Part shown: positions 7,671 to 8,425 of the stretch, piece after piece
Numbering within the stretch: position 1 is the stretch's first letter
Layout of the letters: every line of letters starts with the position of its first letter
Virus record (IMG/VR): IMGVR_UViG_2737471839_000001
Coordinates: 1 to 8,425 of that record
Source: a virus
Lineage: Duplodnaviria > Heunggongvirae > Uroviricota > Caudoviricetes
Reading direction: 5' to 3' (one strand)
Length of the DNA: 8,425 nt
Notes under the pieces: model-generated
What the model saw: only the letters and a program-made list of their open reading frames with translations
The model's database searches: none
Told to the model about the DNA's origin: nothing
Translations under genes and position numbers: made by a program

Positions 7671-8425
7671 GTGTTAGTCAACGTTAAAAACGTCAAACAG
7701 ATTTTTATCAATCTGAAGGCCACCTTCCAGAAAGCCTTCGACCAGTCGCCAACTGACTGGCAGAAGGTGGCAATGGAAGTGCCATCAAACGGCAAGGAAA
7801 ACGACTACAGCTGGTTAAGTCGTTTCCCGAAAATGCGCGAGTGGATTGGTGACAAGGTCGTCAAATCACTGGCGGCATTTAACTACACCATCCGTAACAA
7901 GGACTGGGAAGCCACGGTTGAAGTCGATCGTAACGACATCGAGGACGACCAGATTATGGGCTATGCCCTTCAGGCAAAAGGCGCCGGACAGTCGGCGGCA
8001 GAACTCCCGGCAGATATTGTGGCGTCCCTTATCAGTAACGGTTTTACCAATCCCTGTTACGACGGTCAGATGTTCTTTGATACCGACCACCTGGTCGCCG
8101 GTAAATCGGTGTCCAACAAAGGTACCAAAAAACTCAAAGTTGGCTCGCTTGCCGAGGCGAAAGCCTCCTACGGTGCCGCCCGTACGGCCATGCGTAGTCT
8201 GAAAGATGACGAAGGCGCATCCCTCAAAATTCGCCCGAATCTGCTGGTTGTGCCACCGGCGCTGGAGGATGACGCGAACTACCTGATGACCGCCGAGAAG
8301 TTCCCGGACGGTACGCCGAACCCGTACCGCAACACCGCCGACGTGCTGGTGATGCCGGAGCTGGCGTCGGATTCTGCGTGGTTCCTGTTTGACACCACCA
8401 AACCGGTGAAACCGCTGATTTATCA
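7671..8425 (+). CDS. Major capsid (head) protein, Mu T-like; 5' partial, continues beyond the window
   Basis: AAGGAG at 7659-7664 sits 6 nt before GTG 7671. The frame stays open to the window end at 8425 (about 251 aa shown), so it is absent from the ORF track only because it has no stop. N-terminus MLVNVKNVKQIFINLKATFQKAFDQSPTDWQKVAMEVPSNGKENDYSWLSRFPKMREWIGDKVV… resembles Mu-type major head subunits, and the position after protease/scaffold fits. Confidence 0.75.
   Translation, partial: MLVNVKNVKQIFINLKATFQKAFDQSPTDWQKVAMEVPSNGKENDYSWLSRFPKMREWIGDKVVKSLAAFNYTIRNKDWEATVEVDRNDIEDDQIMGYALQAKGAGQSAAELPADIVASLISNGFTNPCYDGQMFFDTDHLVAGKSVSNKGTKKLKVGSLAEAKASYGAARTAMRSLKDDEGASLKIRPNLLVVPPALEDDANYLMTAEKFPDGTPNPYRNTADVLVMPELASDSAWFLFDTTKPVKPLIY

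Noticed and set aside
7846-8202. Plus-strand ORF (118 aa) and minus-strand ORF 7866-8090 inside the major capsid region
   Set aside because: Both are out-of-frame or antisense overlaps of the capsid frame, which opens at GTG 7671 with a strong AAGGAG Shine-Dalgarno sequence and continues to the window end. Compositions are Arg/Thr/Pro-rich artifacts.
1-8425. Searched for CRISPR repeats, tRNA/rRNA genes, insertion-sequence inverted repeats, integrase or transposase genes, toxin-antitoxin pairs and defence-island signatures
   Set aside because: No regularly spaced direct repeats, no tRNA-like cloverleaf candidates and no transposase-like ORFs were seen. All sizeable ORFs are accounted for by the head-morphogenesis operon.

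Overview
This window reads as the head-morphogenesis (late) module of a Mu-like prophage or phage in a roughly 55% GC, enterobacterial-type background, and I do not see a novel system in it. Eight tightly packed plus-strand genes follow the Mu order: a conserved small protein, a small-terminase-like protein, the large terminase, the portal, a MuF-like minor head protein, a G-like virion morphogenesis protein, an I-like protease/scaffold, a small extra protein, and the 5' part of a T-like major capsid gene that runs off the window. A short 3' gene fragment lies at the left edge. The only sizeable non-coding stretch (about 5940-6139, between G and I) contains a nested inverted repeat and a 25-nt AT-rich palindrome, consistent with a terminator followed by an activator-dependent late promoter. 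No tRNA, rRNA, CRISPR array, transposase, integrase, toxin domain or defence-system signature is visible. All homology statements rest on recognised motifs and gene order, not on database searches; the minus-strand ORFs are judged to be shadow ORFs.
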